DNA of 64,000 nucleotides. Origin: an uncultured Polyangiaceae bacterium (lineage in GTDB: Bacteria > Myxococcota_A > Polyangia > Polyangiales > Houyiibacteriaceae). Both the position numbers and the translations under genes were made by a program. Positions 48,028-58,209 of this stretch are shown piece after piece (within the stretch, counting starts at the first letter, position 1; each line of letters starts with the position of its first letter). Where the stretch lies: assembly GCA_964195565.1 (NCBI GenBank), contig CAXMRN010000063.1:47701-111700 (forward strand), read 5' to 3'. The notes below the pieces were generated by a model. The model ran no database searches. It was given only the letters and a program-made list of their open reading frames with translations, and was not told the origin of the DNA.

Positions 48028-49433
48028 TGGCGACCCCGATTTCCACCAATCAGGCGCAGTTCGGTCGAGATGAGGTGATCTCCGCAACCGGTGGCACGCC
48101 GGGCGGGCCGGCCTGGGAACGCGTACGCGGGGTCGTGACGGACTCCCGCGCCATTGAGCCAGGGAACCTATTCGTGGCGTTACGAGGCGAACGGTTCGAT
48201 GCGCATGAGTTCGCCGCGGATGCCGCGGAGGCCGGAGCGACCGCGGTGATCGTCGAGCGTGGCACGTCGCTACCCGCGCACGTGAGCGCCGTGGAGGTGG
48301 AGGACACCCTGCACGCCCTCGGCAACCTCGCGCGGGCTCATCGAGATGCCTGGAATGGAAAGGTCGTGGGGATCACCGGGTCCGTCGGCAAGACTACGAC
48401 GAAGGACCTCACGGCCGCCGCGCTGCAATCTTCGGGTCACCGCGTGCTCAAGACCGCCGGCAACCTCAACAATCGCATCGGCGTCCCAATGACCCTATTT
48501 CGGCTCGACGAGAGCGTCGACACCGCCGTGATCGAGATGGGGACCAGCGAACCTGGCGAGATAGCGCGGTTGGCGGAGATCGCTGCGCCCGATGTGGGGA
48601 TCGTGACCCGAGCGAGCCTCGCCCACACCGAGGGCCTCGGCTCGGTGGAGGCCGTGGCCGATGAGAAAGTCTCGCTCCTGCACGCCATCGCACACGACGG
48701 TGTCGCGGTCGCGTACGGCGATGACCCGCCGCTCAAGAAACGCGCGTCGGTAGTCGGGGTCAAGCGCAAGCTCTTCTACGGTCGCACTGCCGGCAACGAC
48801 GTGCGCGTCATCGATTGGGATGTCGCCGCGGACGGTACCGAGGCTCGGTTTCAAGTTCGCGGCCAGGAAGTCGAGATCGCGATGAGATTGTTGGGGGAGG
48901 GCGCCGTCCTCAATGCGGCCGGCGCTCTCGCAATCGCCTTCGGCTTGGACTCGCCACTCGAAGACGCGGCGCGCGGAATCGCAGGGGTCGCGCCGTCGCC
49001 CGGTCGCATGCAGCCGAGGTCCGGAACCGGCGAACGCCTGATCATCGACGACACCTACAACGCCAACCCCGCATCCCTGGAGGTCGCGTTGAACACGGCC
49101 CGTGCGGTCGCCGAAGGGCGTCAGGCGCCTTTGGTTGTGGTTCTCGGAGACATGAAGGAGCTCGGCGCGCACAGCGAGGATGCGCACCGGAAGGTCGGCG
49201 AGCTCATCTCCGACGCCGGCGTCTTCCTGTTCGTGGGTTGCGGCGAGGCGATGCGAAAAGCCGTCGACACTGCGAACCCTCGCGGTGTCGACACCCTCTG
49301 GTTCGAGACCGCGAGCGAATGCGAAGGGCTCTCCGAGCGCCTTCCTTTGAATGCAGTGGTCTTGGTGAAGGGGTCGCGGTCGATGGAAATGGAACGCGTG
49401 GTCGGGCCGCTCCTCGGGGGAGAGCAACGATGA
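48024..49433 (+). CDS. murF: UDP-MurNAc-tripeptide:D-Ala-D-Ala ligase
   Basis: The motif GITGSVGKTTTK is present. The start overlaps the murE stop. Confidence 0.9.
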   Translation: MMATPISTNQAQFGRDEVISATGGTPGGPAWERVRGVVTDSRAIEPGNLFVALRGERFDAHEFAADAAEAGATAVIVERGTSLPAHVSAVEVEDTLHALGNLARAHRDAWNGKVVGITGSVGKTTTKDLTAAALQSSGHRVLKTAGNLNNRIGVPMTLFRLDESVDTAVIEMGTSEPGEIARLAEIAAPDVGIVTRASLAHTEGLGSVEAVADEKVSLLHAIAHDGVAVAYGDDPPLKKRASVVGVKRKLFYGRTAGNDVRVIDWDVAADGTEARFQVRGQEVEIAMRLLGEGAVLNAAGALAIAFGLDSPLEDAARGIAGVAPSPGRMQPRSGTGERLIIDDTYNANPASLEVALNTARAVAEGRQAPLVVVLGDMKELGAHSEDAHRKVGELISDAGVFLFVGCGEAMRKAVDTANPRGVDTLWFETASECEGLSERLPLNAVVLVKGSRSMEMERVVGPLLGGEQR

Positions 49434-50557
49434 TCTACTACTTGCTCTACCCGCTTCACACGCACGAGTCGTTGTCGTTTCTCAATGTTCTTCGATACGT
49501 TCCGTTCCGTTTCCTCATGGCCACGATGACGTCACTTCTGCTGACGTTTGGTCTGTACCCGTGGTTCATTCGGCGCCTGCAGCGGAAGCAGATCGGGCAA
49601 GTCATTCGCGCGGACGGTCCTGAGTCGCACTTTGCGAAGGCCGGGACCCCGACCATGGGCGGAGCCCTCATGCTGCTCGCGCTCGTCCTGTCCACGGTGC
49701 TGTGGGCGGACCCGTCCAACTCGATGGTCTGGGTGGTGACGTCGATCACGGTCGCGTACGGCGTCGTCGGGTACATCGACGATACGTCCAAGATTCGAAC
49801 GCGTTCCACGGGCGGGCTCTCGGGCCGCTACAAGCTGCTCCTGCAGTTCACCACCGCGATTATCGTGTGTAGCTGGCTCTACTACGGCGACGCCGGCCTC
49901 CCGAGCGACTGGCTCGAGATTCGTCACCGTCTCGCCGCTCCGTTCTTTGCGTTCTCGAAGTATCCCATCGAACTGCCACCGTGGCTGTACGTGATCTTCT
50001 CCTCGTTCGTCATTGTTGGCACATCGAACGCAGTGAATCTCACGGACGGACTAGACGGTTTGGCCATCGGTCCGGTGATGATCTCGGCGGGCACCTACGC
50101 CATTCTCGCGTATCTCGCGGGTCTGACGTTGTTCGGCAATGTGGTCGCCGGCTACCTCGATATTCCGCACATCGAGAGCGCAGGCGAGCTAAGTATCTTC
50201 GCAGCGTCGATGGTCGGGGTCGGCTTCGGCTTCCTTTGGTACAACACGTATCCCGCACAGGTCTTCATGGGCGACGTGGGTTCTCTCGCACTAGGCGGAG
50301 GCCTCGGTGCGCTCGCAGTCGTCACTAAGAACGAGCTGTTGTCGGTGATTCTCGGCGGCATCTTCGTCGTCGAGGCAGTGAGCGTCATCCTGCAGGTCGG
50401 CTATTTCCGTCTCACCGGTCGGCGGATCTTCTTGATGGCGCCCATTCACCACCACTTCGAGAAGAAGGGGTGGCCTGAGCCCCGCGTCATCGTTCGATTC
50501 TGGATCATCGCAATTGTGTTGGCCGTGTTCAGCCTAGCCACGTTGAAGTTGAGGTGA
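49430..50557 (+). CDS. mraY: Phospho-MurNAc-pentapeptide translocase
   Basis: Track ORF 48815.. is trimmed to the ATG overlapping the murF stop (MIYYLLYPLH...). The product is 375 aa and polytopic. Confidence 0.9.
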   Translation: MIYYLLYPLHTHESLSFLNVLRYVPFRFLMATMTSLLLTFGLYPWFIRRLQRKQIGQVIRADGPESHFAKAGTPTMGGALMLLALVLSTVLWADPSNSMVWVVTSITVAYGVVGYIDDTSKIRTRSTGGLSGRYKLLLQFTTAIIVCSWLYYGDAGLPSDWLEIRHRLAAPFFAFSKYPIELPPWLYVIFSSFVIVGTSNAVNLTDGLDGLAIGPVMISAGTYAILAYLAGLTLFGNVVAGYLDIPHIESAGELSIFAASMVGVGFGFLWYNTYPAQVFMGDVGSLALGGGLGALAVVTKNELLSVILGGIFVVEAVSVILQVGYFRLTGRRIFLMAPIHHHFEKKGWPEPRVIVRFWIIAIVLAVFSLATLKLR

Positions 50558-51912
50558 CCGTGGAGCTCTCTCGGAAAAACACGATGGTGGTTGGGCTCGG
50601 CGAGAGCGGGCTGGCGGTCGTGCGTTTCCTCACGGCGCATGGTGCCCACGTCGTGGTGAATGATCAGCGCGACCGTGGTGCGCTCGGCGCCGCCGGCGAT
50701 GAAGCCGAGGCGCTTGGCGCGGAGCTGGTGCTGGGCGGGCACCCCGACAGCGCGTTCGAGGGCTTGGATCTCATCGTCGTCTCGCCGGGTGTGCCTCCGC
50801 TCGCGCAACTCGATAGAGCCGAGCAGCGCGGGGTGCCGGTGGTCAGCGAGGTCGAGCTCGCTGCACGATTCATCGACGCGCCGATCGTCGCCATCACCGG
50901 CACCAACGGCAAGAGCACCGTCACTACACTCATTGGCGAGATGAGTCGCCGCCTAGGCCGTCCCGTCTTCATCGGAGGCAACTTGGGTCGACCCATGATC
51001 GAAGCGGCCGGTACGGACGCCGGAGCCAAGGGCGGTCTCGTGGTCGTCGAGCTGTCGAGCTTCCAACTCGAGCGCGTATCGCAGATGAAGGCGCACATCG
51101 CCATTCTGCTCAACATCACCCCTGACCACCTAGACCGATACCCTTCGTTCGAAACCTACGCGGCCGCCAAGGCCCGCATTTTCGAGCGGCAGGAGGCCGA
51201 AGACTTCGCGGTCCTTCCGGCTGATGCCGCCGATCTCCGGGAGCTCATCGAGGACGACGGGACGGTGGTGCTGTTCGGAGGTCGAGCCGGGGACGTCCGC
51301 GTCGTCGACGGAGTGCTCGTCGATTCGGGGAGCGCCCTTCAGGTGCCGGTCCGCGACCTGAAGATTCGCGGGTCGCACAACGTGTCGAACGCGTGCGCGG
51401 CTGTGCTTGCGGCGCGCCTACTGGGTGTGTCCGATGACGACATTGCGTCGGTTCTCGGTGCGTTCGAAGGCCTGGCCCACCGAACGCAGTACGTCGACTC
51501 GGTCGAAGGCGTCGAGTACATCGACGATTCCAAAGCGACCAACGTGGGTGCGGCGGTTGCCTCGATCGATGGGCTCACCGGGTCGGGGGGAAAGATCGTC
51601 CTCATCGCCGGCGGCGTCGACAAGGGAGGGAGCTACCAGCCCCTCCGAGAGCGGATGTCGGAGGAGGGACGGGCGGTTGTGGTCCTCGGCGAGGCTGCCT
51701 CGCTGTTGGAACGCGCGTTTGCCGGCTCTCCGGTCGAGGTCCGTCGCGCATCCTCGATGGGCGATGCCGTCACGCACGCCGCGGCGCTGGCCCGCCCAGG
51801 AGATACTGTGCTCCTTGCACCCGCCTGTTCGAGTTTCGATATGTTCCGCTCCTACGCCGAGCGTGGCGAACACTTCCAACGAGCCGTCCAAACCCTGGGA
51901 GAGCAACCATGA
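50554..51912 (+). CDS. murD: UDP-MurNAc-L-alanine:D-glutamate ligase
   Basis: The GTG start overlaps the mraY stop. The motif ITGTNGKSTV is present. Confidence 0.9.
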   Translation: MTVELSRKNTMVVGLGESGLAVVRFLTAHGAHVVVNDQRDRGALGAAGDEAEALGAELVLGGHPDSAFEGLDLIVVSPGVPPLAQLDRAEQRGVPVVSEVELAARFIDAPIVAITGTNGKSTVTTLIGEMSRRLGRPVFIGGNLGRPMIEAAGTDAGAKGGLVVVELSSFQLERVSQMKAHIAILLNITPDHLDRYPSFETYAAAKARIFERQEAEDFAVLPADAADLRELIEDDGTVVLFGGRAGDVRVVDGVLVDSGSALQVPVRDLKIRGSHNVSNACAAVLAARLLGVSDDDIASVLGAFEGLAHRTQYVDSVEGVEYIDDSKATNVGAAVASIDGLTGSGGKIVLIAGGVDKGGSYQPLRERMSEEGRAVVVLGEAASLLERAFAGSPVEVRRASSMGDAVTHAAALARPGDTVLLAPACSSFDMFRSYAERGEHFQRAVQTLGEQP

Positions 51913-53108
51913 CACGCGCGTCGAAACCAGCACCCCCGATGGAGCCCGGTCCACCCGACGTGACGCTCGCGGCGACGCTCGTGGGCCTAATCGCGTTCGG
52001 CGTGGTCATGGTCTACAGCGCCAGTGCGGTCTACGCGAGCAACATGTTCGGAAACGGCTACCATTTCCTCGGCCGGCAAACGATCTTCGCGGCCGCCGCC
52101 TTTGGCGTCCTCTTCCTCTTCACTCGCATCGACATCAACCTGCTGCGGAGCTCGACCTATCCGGTCTTGTTGACGGCGGTGTTGCTCATGGTGGCGGTAG
52201 CACTTGGGTTCGGGCGTAGTGCGGGCGGTGCGACCCGCTGGCTCGCCGTCGGTCCCGTCAACGTGCAGCCCGCGGAGCTGGCGAAGCTCGCTATGATCAT
52301 GTGGCTCGCCCACTCCTTGGCGAAAAAATCCAACCGGGTGCGTACGTTCTCCATCGGGTTCCTGCCGCACGTTCTCGTCGCCGGCCTCTTGATGCTCCTC
52401 TGCCTGGCGCAGCCCGATTTCGGCAGTGCGGTGATGATCGCCCTCTTGACCTTCGTGGTGCTCTTCGCCGCAGGCGCCAAAGCGGGTTACCTGCTCGGTT
52501 GCGTGCTGGTCGCCCTTCCGGTCGGCTACGCAGCCATCGCATCGTCTCCCTACCGAATGCGCCGCATCAAAGCGTTCCTCGAACCATTCGAGCACAGACA
52601 GGGCGCGGGCTACCAGATCACAGAATCCTTGATGAGCTTCGGCTCCGGCGGCTGGACCGGCGCCGGTCTGGGTGACGGCCGCCAGAAGCTTCTTTTCCTG
52701 CCGGAGGCCCACACCGACTTCATCAGCGCGATCATCGGCGAAGAGCTCGGCTTCGTCGGGATCGTGTTGCTTTGTGCGGCCTTCGCCTGGGTCGTGTTTC
52801 GCGGTCTTCGGGCGGCGTGGCGGGCGCAAGATGAATACGCCGGCTACCTCGCCGCTGGCATGACCTTGTTCATCGGCCTCCAGGCATTCACCAACCTTGC
52901 GGTCGCCATGGGGCTTCTGCCCACCAAGGGTCTCGCGCTTCCTTTCGTCAGCTACGGCGGTTCCTCGCTCCTCGTAAACGCCGCCGCGGCCGGCATCATC
53001 CTCAACACTTCGCGTTACGGCGTGTCTCGGGCGGTCGATGCTCCGGCCGCTACCAAACCCAAGAAACTCCAGCCGCGGCTACGGACGGCCAGGGGAGGTG
53101 CAGGATGA
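51909..53108 (+). CDS. ftsW: SEDS-family lipid II polymerase/flippase FtsW
   Basis: The product is polytopic with SEDS blocks (QPAELAKL, LPEAHTDF). Confidence 0.9.
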   Translation: MTRASKPAPPMEPGPPDVTLAATLVGLIAFGVVMVYSASAVYASNMFGNGYHFLGRQTIFAAAAFGVLFLFTRIDINLLRSSTYPVLLTAVLLMVAVALGFGRSAGGATRWLAVGPVNVQPAELAKLAMIMWLAHSLAKKSNRVRTFSIGFLPHVLVAGLLMLLCLAQPDFGSAVMIALLTFVVLFAAGAKAGYLLGCVLVALPVGYAAIASSPYRMRRIKAFLEPFEHRQGAGYQITESLMSFGSGGWTGAGLGDGRQKLLFLPEAHTDFISAIIGEELGFVGIVLLCAAFAWVVFRGLRAAWRAQDEYAGYLAAGMTLFIGLQAFTNLAVAMGLLPTKGLALPFVSYGGSSLLVNAAAAGIILNTSRYGVSRAVDAPAATKPKKLQPRLRTARGGAG

Positions 53109-54379
53109 TCCAACGCATCATGGTTGCCGGCGGTGGCACAGGAGGGCACCTCTTTCCGGGGCTCGCCGTGGTCGAAGAGCTTCGGCGGCGCGTCCCTGGG
53201 CTGGAGGTGCGATTCGTGGGCACGGCGCGCGGCATCGAGGCGCGCATTCTTCCCGGTCGCGGCGAGGCCCTGGAGCTCCTGAAGGTGACTCCTCTCAAGG
53301 GTCAGGGGCTAGGCGCTCGGTTCAAGAGCCTCGCGCGCATCCCAACCGCAATGAAAGAAGCGTCGTCTCTCCTGCGTGACTTCGAGCCGGATCTGGTGTT
53401 GGGTGTCGGCGGCTACGCGTCCGGCCCCGTCCTGATGTCGGCGTCGCTTTCGGGGCGGCCCACCGCGATTCTCGAGCAGAACGCCCATGTCGGGATGACC
53501 AATCGTATCCTCGCTCGCTTCGTCGACCGCGCCTACATCGCGTTCGAACAGACCGAGCAGGTCTTCGGAAAGAAGAAGTCTCGACTGACCGGCAACCCTG
53601 TTCGGCAGGAGTTCGTCGAGCACGCACGCCTTGCGATCGCAGATCCAGAAGGCTTCGAGTCCCGTGCGCGTACCGTACTCGTTCTCGGTGGCTCGCAGGG
53701 CGCTCGGAAGCTGAACGAAGACGTGCCGCGTGCGCTCGCTCGGGCCGGCATTTCTGGGCGTGACCTCGAGGTCGTGCACCAGACCGGGGAGTCGATGCGA
53801 GAAGAAGTGGAGGCGACCTACCGGGAGCTCGGCATCCGCGCCAAGGTCGTGACCTTCATCGACGAGATCGCGCGCGCCTACTCCAACGCGGCGCTGGTCG
53901 TTGCGCGGGCGGGCGCCACTACCTTGGCAGAGCTCTGCGCCATCGGACGTCCATCGATCCTGATCCCGTTCCCGTTCGCCGCTGACGACCATCAAGCAAA
54001 GAACGCGATGGCGCTCGAAGAGCAGCGCGCGTCGATCTGCGTTCGGGAGTCGGATCTCGACGTCGACGGGCTAGGGGAGCTGATCGGCGGCCTGCTGGAC
54101 GATCCCGCGAAGCGGCAAGCGATGGCACGAGCAGCGCGAGATCACGGTAGGCCTGACGCTGCGGCAGCCATCGTGGACGATATGATGGGTTGGCTCGGTG
54201 GCGCGCAGCCCGTTGGTGAACCCGAGGCCGCGCCCGAGAGTGAGCCGCCGCCGGGCGTTCAATACGCCGGCCTCGGGATGTCGCCCATCCTGCGTCTTGG
54301 CTATTCCCAAGTCGGCATGCGCCCCGCGAGCCATCGCCCACGCCGCCCGGTTGTCGTCGATGGAGCCGTGTGGGAGTAA
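53105..54379 (+). CDS. murG: UDP-GlcNAc:lipid I GlcNAc transferase MurG with a roughly 59-aa C-terminal tail
   Basis: The N-terminus carries GGTGGHLFPGLAV. The MurG-like core ends near aa 365 and the ORF continues to aa 424. Confidence 0.9.
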   Translation: MIQRIMVAGGGTGGHLFPGLAVVEELRRRVPGLEVRFVGTARGIEARILPGRGEALELLKVTPLKGQGLGARFKSLARIPTAMKEASSLLRDFEPDLVLGVGGYASGPVLMSASLSGRPTAILEQNAHVGMTNRILARFVDRAYIAFEQTEQVFGKKKSRLTGNPVRQEFVEHARLAIADPEGFESRARTVLVLGGSQGARKLNEDVPRALARAGISGRDLEVVHQTGESMREEVEATYRELGIRAKVVTFIDEIARAYSNAALVVARAGATTLAELCAIGRPSILIPFPFAADDHQAKNAMALEEQRASICVRESDLDVDGLGELIGGLLDDPAKRQAMARAARDHGRPDAAAAIVDDMMGWLGGAQPVGEPEAAPESEPPPGVQYAGLGMSPILRLGYSQVGMRPASHRPRRPVVVDGAVWE

Positions 54380-54385
54380 GCGACC

Positions 54386-55759
54386 ATGTTTCGCGGCAGA
54401 ATTCGGTCCATCCATTTCGTAGGAGTCGGCGGCGTCGGCATGAGCGGCATCGCGGAGGTGCTGCTCGACTCGGGCTTCGAAGTGACCGGATCCGACCTCC
54501 GCGACAACGACTACACGAACCGCCTCGCTGAGAAAGGGGCCAAGATCTATCTGGGCCACGAGGCCAAGCAGGTGACCGACGCCGATGTCGTCGTCTTTTC
54601 GTCGGCGGTCCCGCCGACCAACCCCGAGTTGGTCGCGGCACGGGCGGCAGGGGTGCCTGTGATCCCCCGCGCGGAGATGCTCGGTGAGTTGATGAGGCTC
54701 AAGGACGGCATCGCCATCGCGGGATCGCACGGCAAGACCACCACGACATCTTTAGTAGCGACCGTCCTGCGCGGGGCAGGCCTCGACCCGACCGTCATCA
54801 TCGGCGGCAAGCTCAACGCACTTGGATCGGGTGCAGCCATGGGTGCTGGGGACCTGCTGGTGGCCGAGGCCGATGAGTCCGACGGTTCCTTCCACCATCT
54901 GATTCCCTCGGTGGCCGTGATCACCAACATCGACCCGGAACACCTCGACCACTATGGAAGCCTCGATGCCGTGAAGGAAGCCTTCGTGGACTTCGCGAAT
55001 CGTGTTCCCTTTTACGGGCTGGTCATCGCGTGTCTCGACCATCCCAACGTGCAGGACGTCTTGCCGCGGCTCGACAAACGCATCGTGACGTACGGGTTCT
55101 CGGCGCACGCTGACTATCGAGCGCGCAACCCTGTGTTTTCTGGACTGTCGGTCGGCTTCGATGTCGAGCATCACGGCAAGAGCTTGGGTCAGTTCGAGGT
55201 TCGAATGCCGGGCATCCACAACGTCTTGAATGCCCTTGCGACCATCGCCGTTGCAGACGAGCTACGGGTCGACCACGACCAGGTTCGCTCTGCCTTGCGC
55301 AGCTTCGAGGGCGTGCAGCGGAGGTTCTCGATCGTCGGGGAAGAGGCGGGGATCACGATCGTCGACGACTACGGACACCATCCAGCCGAGGTGGAAGTCA
55401 CCCTCGAAGCAGCCCAAAAAGCTTACGGCTCCCGAATCGTCGTGGCCTTCCAGCCGCATCGCTATACGAGGACGCGAGATCTCTTCGACGAGCTCACCAG
55501 AGCCTTCAATCGGGCTGATGTCCTATTCTTGACCGAGGTCTACGCGGCGGGCGAAAAACCAATCGAGGGGGCCGATGCGCGCCGACTCGCCGAGGCAATT
55601 CGCGCGCACGGGCATCGGGACGTGACGTTGGTGGAAGACCGGAAGAAATTGGCCGAGGCGATTGGAGCACGCGCGCGCGAGGGCGATGTCGTGATCACGC
55701 TCGGTGCCGGGGACATTACGCGCACAGGCCCGGAGCTCCTCGAGGTGCTCCGCCGATGA
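54386..55759 (+). CDS. murC: UDP-MurNAc:L-alanine ligase
   Basis: Supporting motifs are [15 protein letters not shown] and [10 protein letters not shown]. Confidence 0.9.
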   Translation: MFRGRIRSIHFVGVGGVGMSGIAEVLLDSGFEVTGSDLRDNDYTNRLAEKGAKIYLGHEAKQVTDADVVVFSSAVPPTNPELVAARAAGVPVIPRAEMLGELMRLKDGIAIAGSHGKTTTTSLVATVLRGAGLDPTVIIGGKLNALGSGAAMGAGDLLVAEADESDGSFHHLIPSVAVITNIDPEHLDHYGSLDAVKEAFVDFANRVPFYGLVIACLDHPNVQDVLPRLDKRIVTYGFSAHADYRARNPVFSGLSVGFDVEHHGKSLGQFEVRMPGIHNVLNALATIAVADELRVDHDQVRSALRSFEGVQRRFSIVGEEAGITIVDDYGHHPAEVEVTLEAAQKAYGSRIVVAFQPHRYTRTRDLFDELTRAFNRADVLFLTEVYAAGEKPIEGADARRLAEAIRAHGHRDVTLVEDRKKLAEAIGARAREGDVVITLGAGDITRTGPELLEVLRR

Positions 55760-56838
55760 ACCGGAGAAGGCCACCATCGGCAACCGGGAGGAAACCGGCG
55801 CGCAAGAAGCCGGTTCCAAGGAAGCCGACCAAGAAGAAGAGCGCCGCGAAGCGTCCCGTTCGAAAGAACGTCGCGGCCAAGAAGGCAGCGCCGAAGAAAG
55901 CGGCCCGCAAAGCGGCTCCGAAGAAGGCTGCCCGCAAGAGGGTCGCAAGGAAGGCGGCCCCTACAGATCGCGCGCAGAATCGACGCCGGCCGGTCCCGAA
56001 GAAGCCACGTCGCACCGAGCCCAGGAAGAGTTGGCGGGAGCGTGCCCAGGGCATGCGGGAGAACCTGGGCGGCTGGGTGATTCAAAGGAGGGCGCTGCTG
56101 CGCCGCGGGGCCCAGACCATCGTGGCGGGACTCGTGCTGTCCGCCTTGGCGTGGATCGGCGACCAAACGGTCCAGTACGCCCACGGCGCCGATGCCTTCG
56201 CCATTGGCGAGATCATTATTGAGGGCAATCACCAACTCGAGGAGATCGATGTCCGCAGGGCAGCGCGGCTCCAAATTGGTTCAAATATTTTCGAGGTTTC
56301 GAACGAAGATGCCCGTAATCACTTGCTTCAACATCCCTGGATCGAGGAGGCGAATGTGGTTCGAAAGCTTCCCGCGCGGATCCGCATCGAGATCGTGGAG
56401 CGGCAGCCGGTGGCCTTGGTCGCGTTGGACCAGCTTTACCTGGTGAGCGAGGAGGGCGCGGTCTTCAAACGTCTCGGCGTCGACGACCCCGTCGACCTTC
56501 CGGTCATCACCGGCATCGCGTCCGAGCGCTTCTACGACGACCTCGACTACCGGACGGCGATCCTTCTACGGTCGATGGCGGTCCTACAAGACTACGAGGG
56601 AGCAGGCCTCGCGAAGCGAGAGCCCGTGTCGGAAATTCATTTCGAAGGCGTCAATGGAATCGAGCTCTTCGTAGGCGGCGACGGCATGAACGTCCGCCTC
56701 GGCAACGGCCAGCACCGCCAGAAGCTCCGCCGCCTCCGCCAAGTCCTCGAACGACTTGAGCGAGAGAAAACGCGACCTTCCTACGTATACCTCGACAACG
56801 TCCGAAGTCCCGAACGAGTAACCGTCCGCCTCCCCTAA
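55756..56838 (+). CDS. ftsQ: Cell division protein FtsQ with a very basic Lys/Ala/Pro-rich N-terminal extension
   Basis: The start overlaps the murC stop (ATGA). About 95 aa of basic repeats are followed by a TM segment and a POTRA/FtsQ-like periplasmic part. Confidence 0.8.
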   Translation: MNRRRPPSATGRKPARKKPVPRKPTKKKSAAKRPVRKNVAAKKAAPKKAARKAAPKKAARKRVARKAAPTDRAQNRRRPVPKKPRRTEPRKSWRERAQGMRENLGGWVIQRRALLRRGAQTIVAGLVLSALAWIGDQTVQYAHGADAFAIGEIIIEGNHQLEEIDVRRAARLQIGSNIFEVSNEDARNHLLQHPWIEEANVVRKLPARIRIEIVERQPVALVALDQLYLVSEEGAVFKRLGVDDPVDLPVITGIASERFYDDLDYRTAILLRSMAVLQDYEGAGLAKREPVSEIHFEGVNGIELFVGGDGMNVRLGNGQHRQKLRRLRQVLERLEREKTRPSYVYLDNVRSPERVTVRLP

Positions 56839-56865
56839 CCAAAAAGGGGACAGTCCCCTTTTTGG
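56839..56865. terminator. Perfect palindromic hairpin CCAAAAAGGGGAC-A-GTCCCCTTTTTGG directly after the ftsQ stop
   Basis: The 13-nt arms were read directly from the sequence. The A and T tracts on either side give it a bidirectional intrinsic-terminator shape. Confidence 0.55.
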
Positions 56866-56886
56866 AAGGGTTAATTTCTAGCGAAC

Positions 56887-56912
56887 AAAAAGTGGGTTTC
56901 GGCCCATTTTTT
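56887..56912 (+). terminator. Second hairpin AAAAAGTGGG-tttcgg-CCCATTTTTT followed by more T residues
   Basis: The stem is 10 bp including one G-T pair. The T-run continues to 56913. Confidence 0.45.
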
Positions 56913-56970
56913 TCTGCATAAAAGTTGTCTCGCCAAATCCCGTTTCGGTATGGGTCAGAGAGAGGCACGG

Positions 56971-58200
56971 ATGGCGGAACACGAGATCATTGCAGGATTG
57001 GATTTGGGTTCGACGAAGGTCTGCGCGATCGTTGCGGAGCAGACCGAAGAAGGCCTAGACATCATCGGGATAGGCTCCGTACCTTCAAAGGGTTTGAAGA
57101 AAGGCGTCGTCGTCAACATCGAGTCGACCGTGCAGGCGATTCGGGCGGCGGTCGAGCAAGCCGAGACGATGGCAGGCGTGGAGATCAACGCGGTCTACGC
57201 GGGCATCTCCGGGAGCCATGTGCGCGGCATGAACCAAGATGGTGTCGCCGCCATCGCCAATCGCGAGGTCGCGATCGAGGATGTCACCCGGGTGCTCGAG
57301 CAGGCCAAAGCCGTTCCGCTCCCCGGCGACCGTCAAGTGATTCACGTGCTCCCACAGGAGTACATCGTCGACGAGCAGGACGGCATCAAGGAACCGATCG
57401 GCATGGCTGGGGTTCGCCTCGAAGCGCGCGTGCACATGGTGACCGCCGCCTCGACCAGCGTGGCCAATGTGACCAAGTGCGCGGAGCGCTGCGGACTCTT
57501 CGTCGAAGAGGTCGTGTTGCAGCCACTCGCGAGCGCGCACGCCGTATTGAGCGGCGACGAGCGAGAGATCGGCGGCGTCCTCATCGACGTCGGTGGCGGC
57601 ACTTCGGACATCATCATCTACGTCGACGGCGCCGTCGTGCACACGAGCTCGATTCCCATTGGCGGGATCAACCTCACCAGCGACATCGCCACCGGTCTGC
57701 GGACGCCGATGGCCGAGGCCGAGCGAATCAAGATCAAGTACGGTTGCGCCGCGTCTCGCATGGTGGACGACGATGAAACCATCGAGGTGCCTTCCGTTGG
57801 CGGCAGGCCTTCGCGCTCGCTGCCTCGCCGGGTGCTCTGCGACATCATCGAGCCCCGCGTGGAAGAGATCTTCGCAGCGTGCCGTCACGTCATCGCGGAG
57901 ACCGGCTACATGGACATGTTGGCTTCTGGAGCGATCGTCACCGGTGGGACGACGCTCCTAGATGGATTGCCTGAGCTTGCCGAGGAAGTGCTTGGCCTGC
58001 CAGTGCGTCGTGGTGCACCCACGGGCATCGGTGGATTGATCGACGTCGTGAAGAGCCCCTCCTACGCAACCGGTGTGGGATTGGTGAAGCACGGAGCGGA
58101 CCAACTAGCGGGAACGTCCGCGCCCGAGCGTACAGTCGAAGTGACCGCGAGTCGTGGACTCAGTCGCAAGATCGGCGCGTGGTTTAGAGAAGTTTTTTAG
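56971..58200 (+). CDS. ftsA: Cell division protein FtsA
   Basis: The track ORF is trimmed to MAEHEIIAGLDLGSTKV. The product has an actin-like fold. Confidence 0.9.
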   Translation: MAEHEIIAGLDLGSTKVCAIVAEQTEEGLDIIGIGSVPSKGLKKGVVVNIESTVQAIRAAVEQAETMAGVEINAVYAGISGSHVRGMNQDGVAAIANREVAIEDVTRVLEQAKAVPLPGDRQVIHVLPQEYIVDEQDGIKEPIGMAGVRLEARVHMVTAASTSVANVTKCAERCGLFVEEVVLQPLASAHAVLSGDEREIGGVLIDVGGGTSDIIIYVDGAVVHTSSIPIGGINLTSDIATGLRTPMAEAERIKIKYGCAASRMVDDDETIEVPSVGGRPSRSLPRRVLCDIIEPRVEEIFAACRHVIAETGYMDMLASGAIVTGGTTLLDGLPELAEEVLGLPVRRGAPTGIGGLIDVVKSPSYATGVGLVKHGADQLAGTSAPERTVEVTASRGLSRKIGAWFREVF

Positions 58201-58209
58201 GAGGAATCG

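Noticed and set aside
48815-49429. Long N-terminal extensions of track ORFs (48815.. for mraY, 30145.. for mlaF, 35411.. for the SDR, 36965.. for pyrB, 1435..3129 for mcd)
   Set aside because: The extensions overlap the preceding gene in another frame and are Arg-rich. An internal ATG or GTG at the stop/start junction gives proteins of canonical length.
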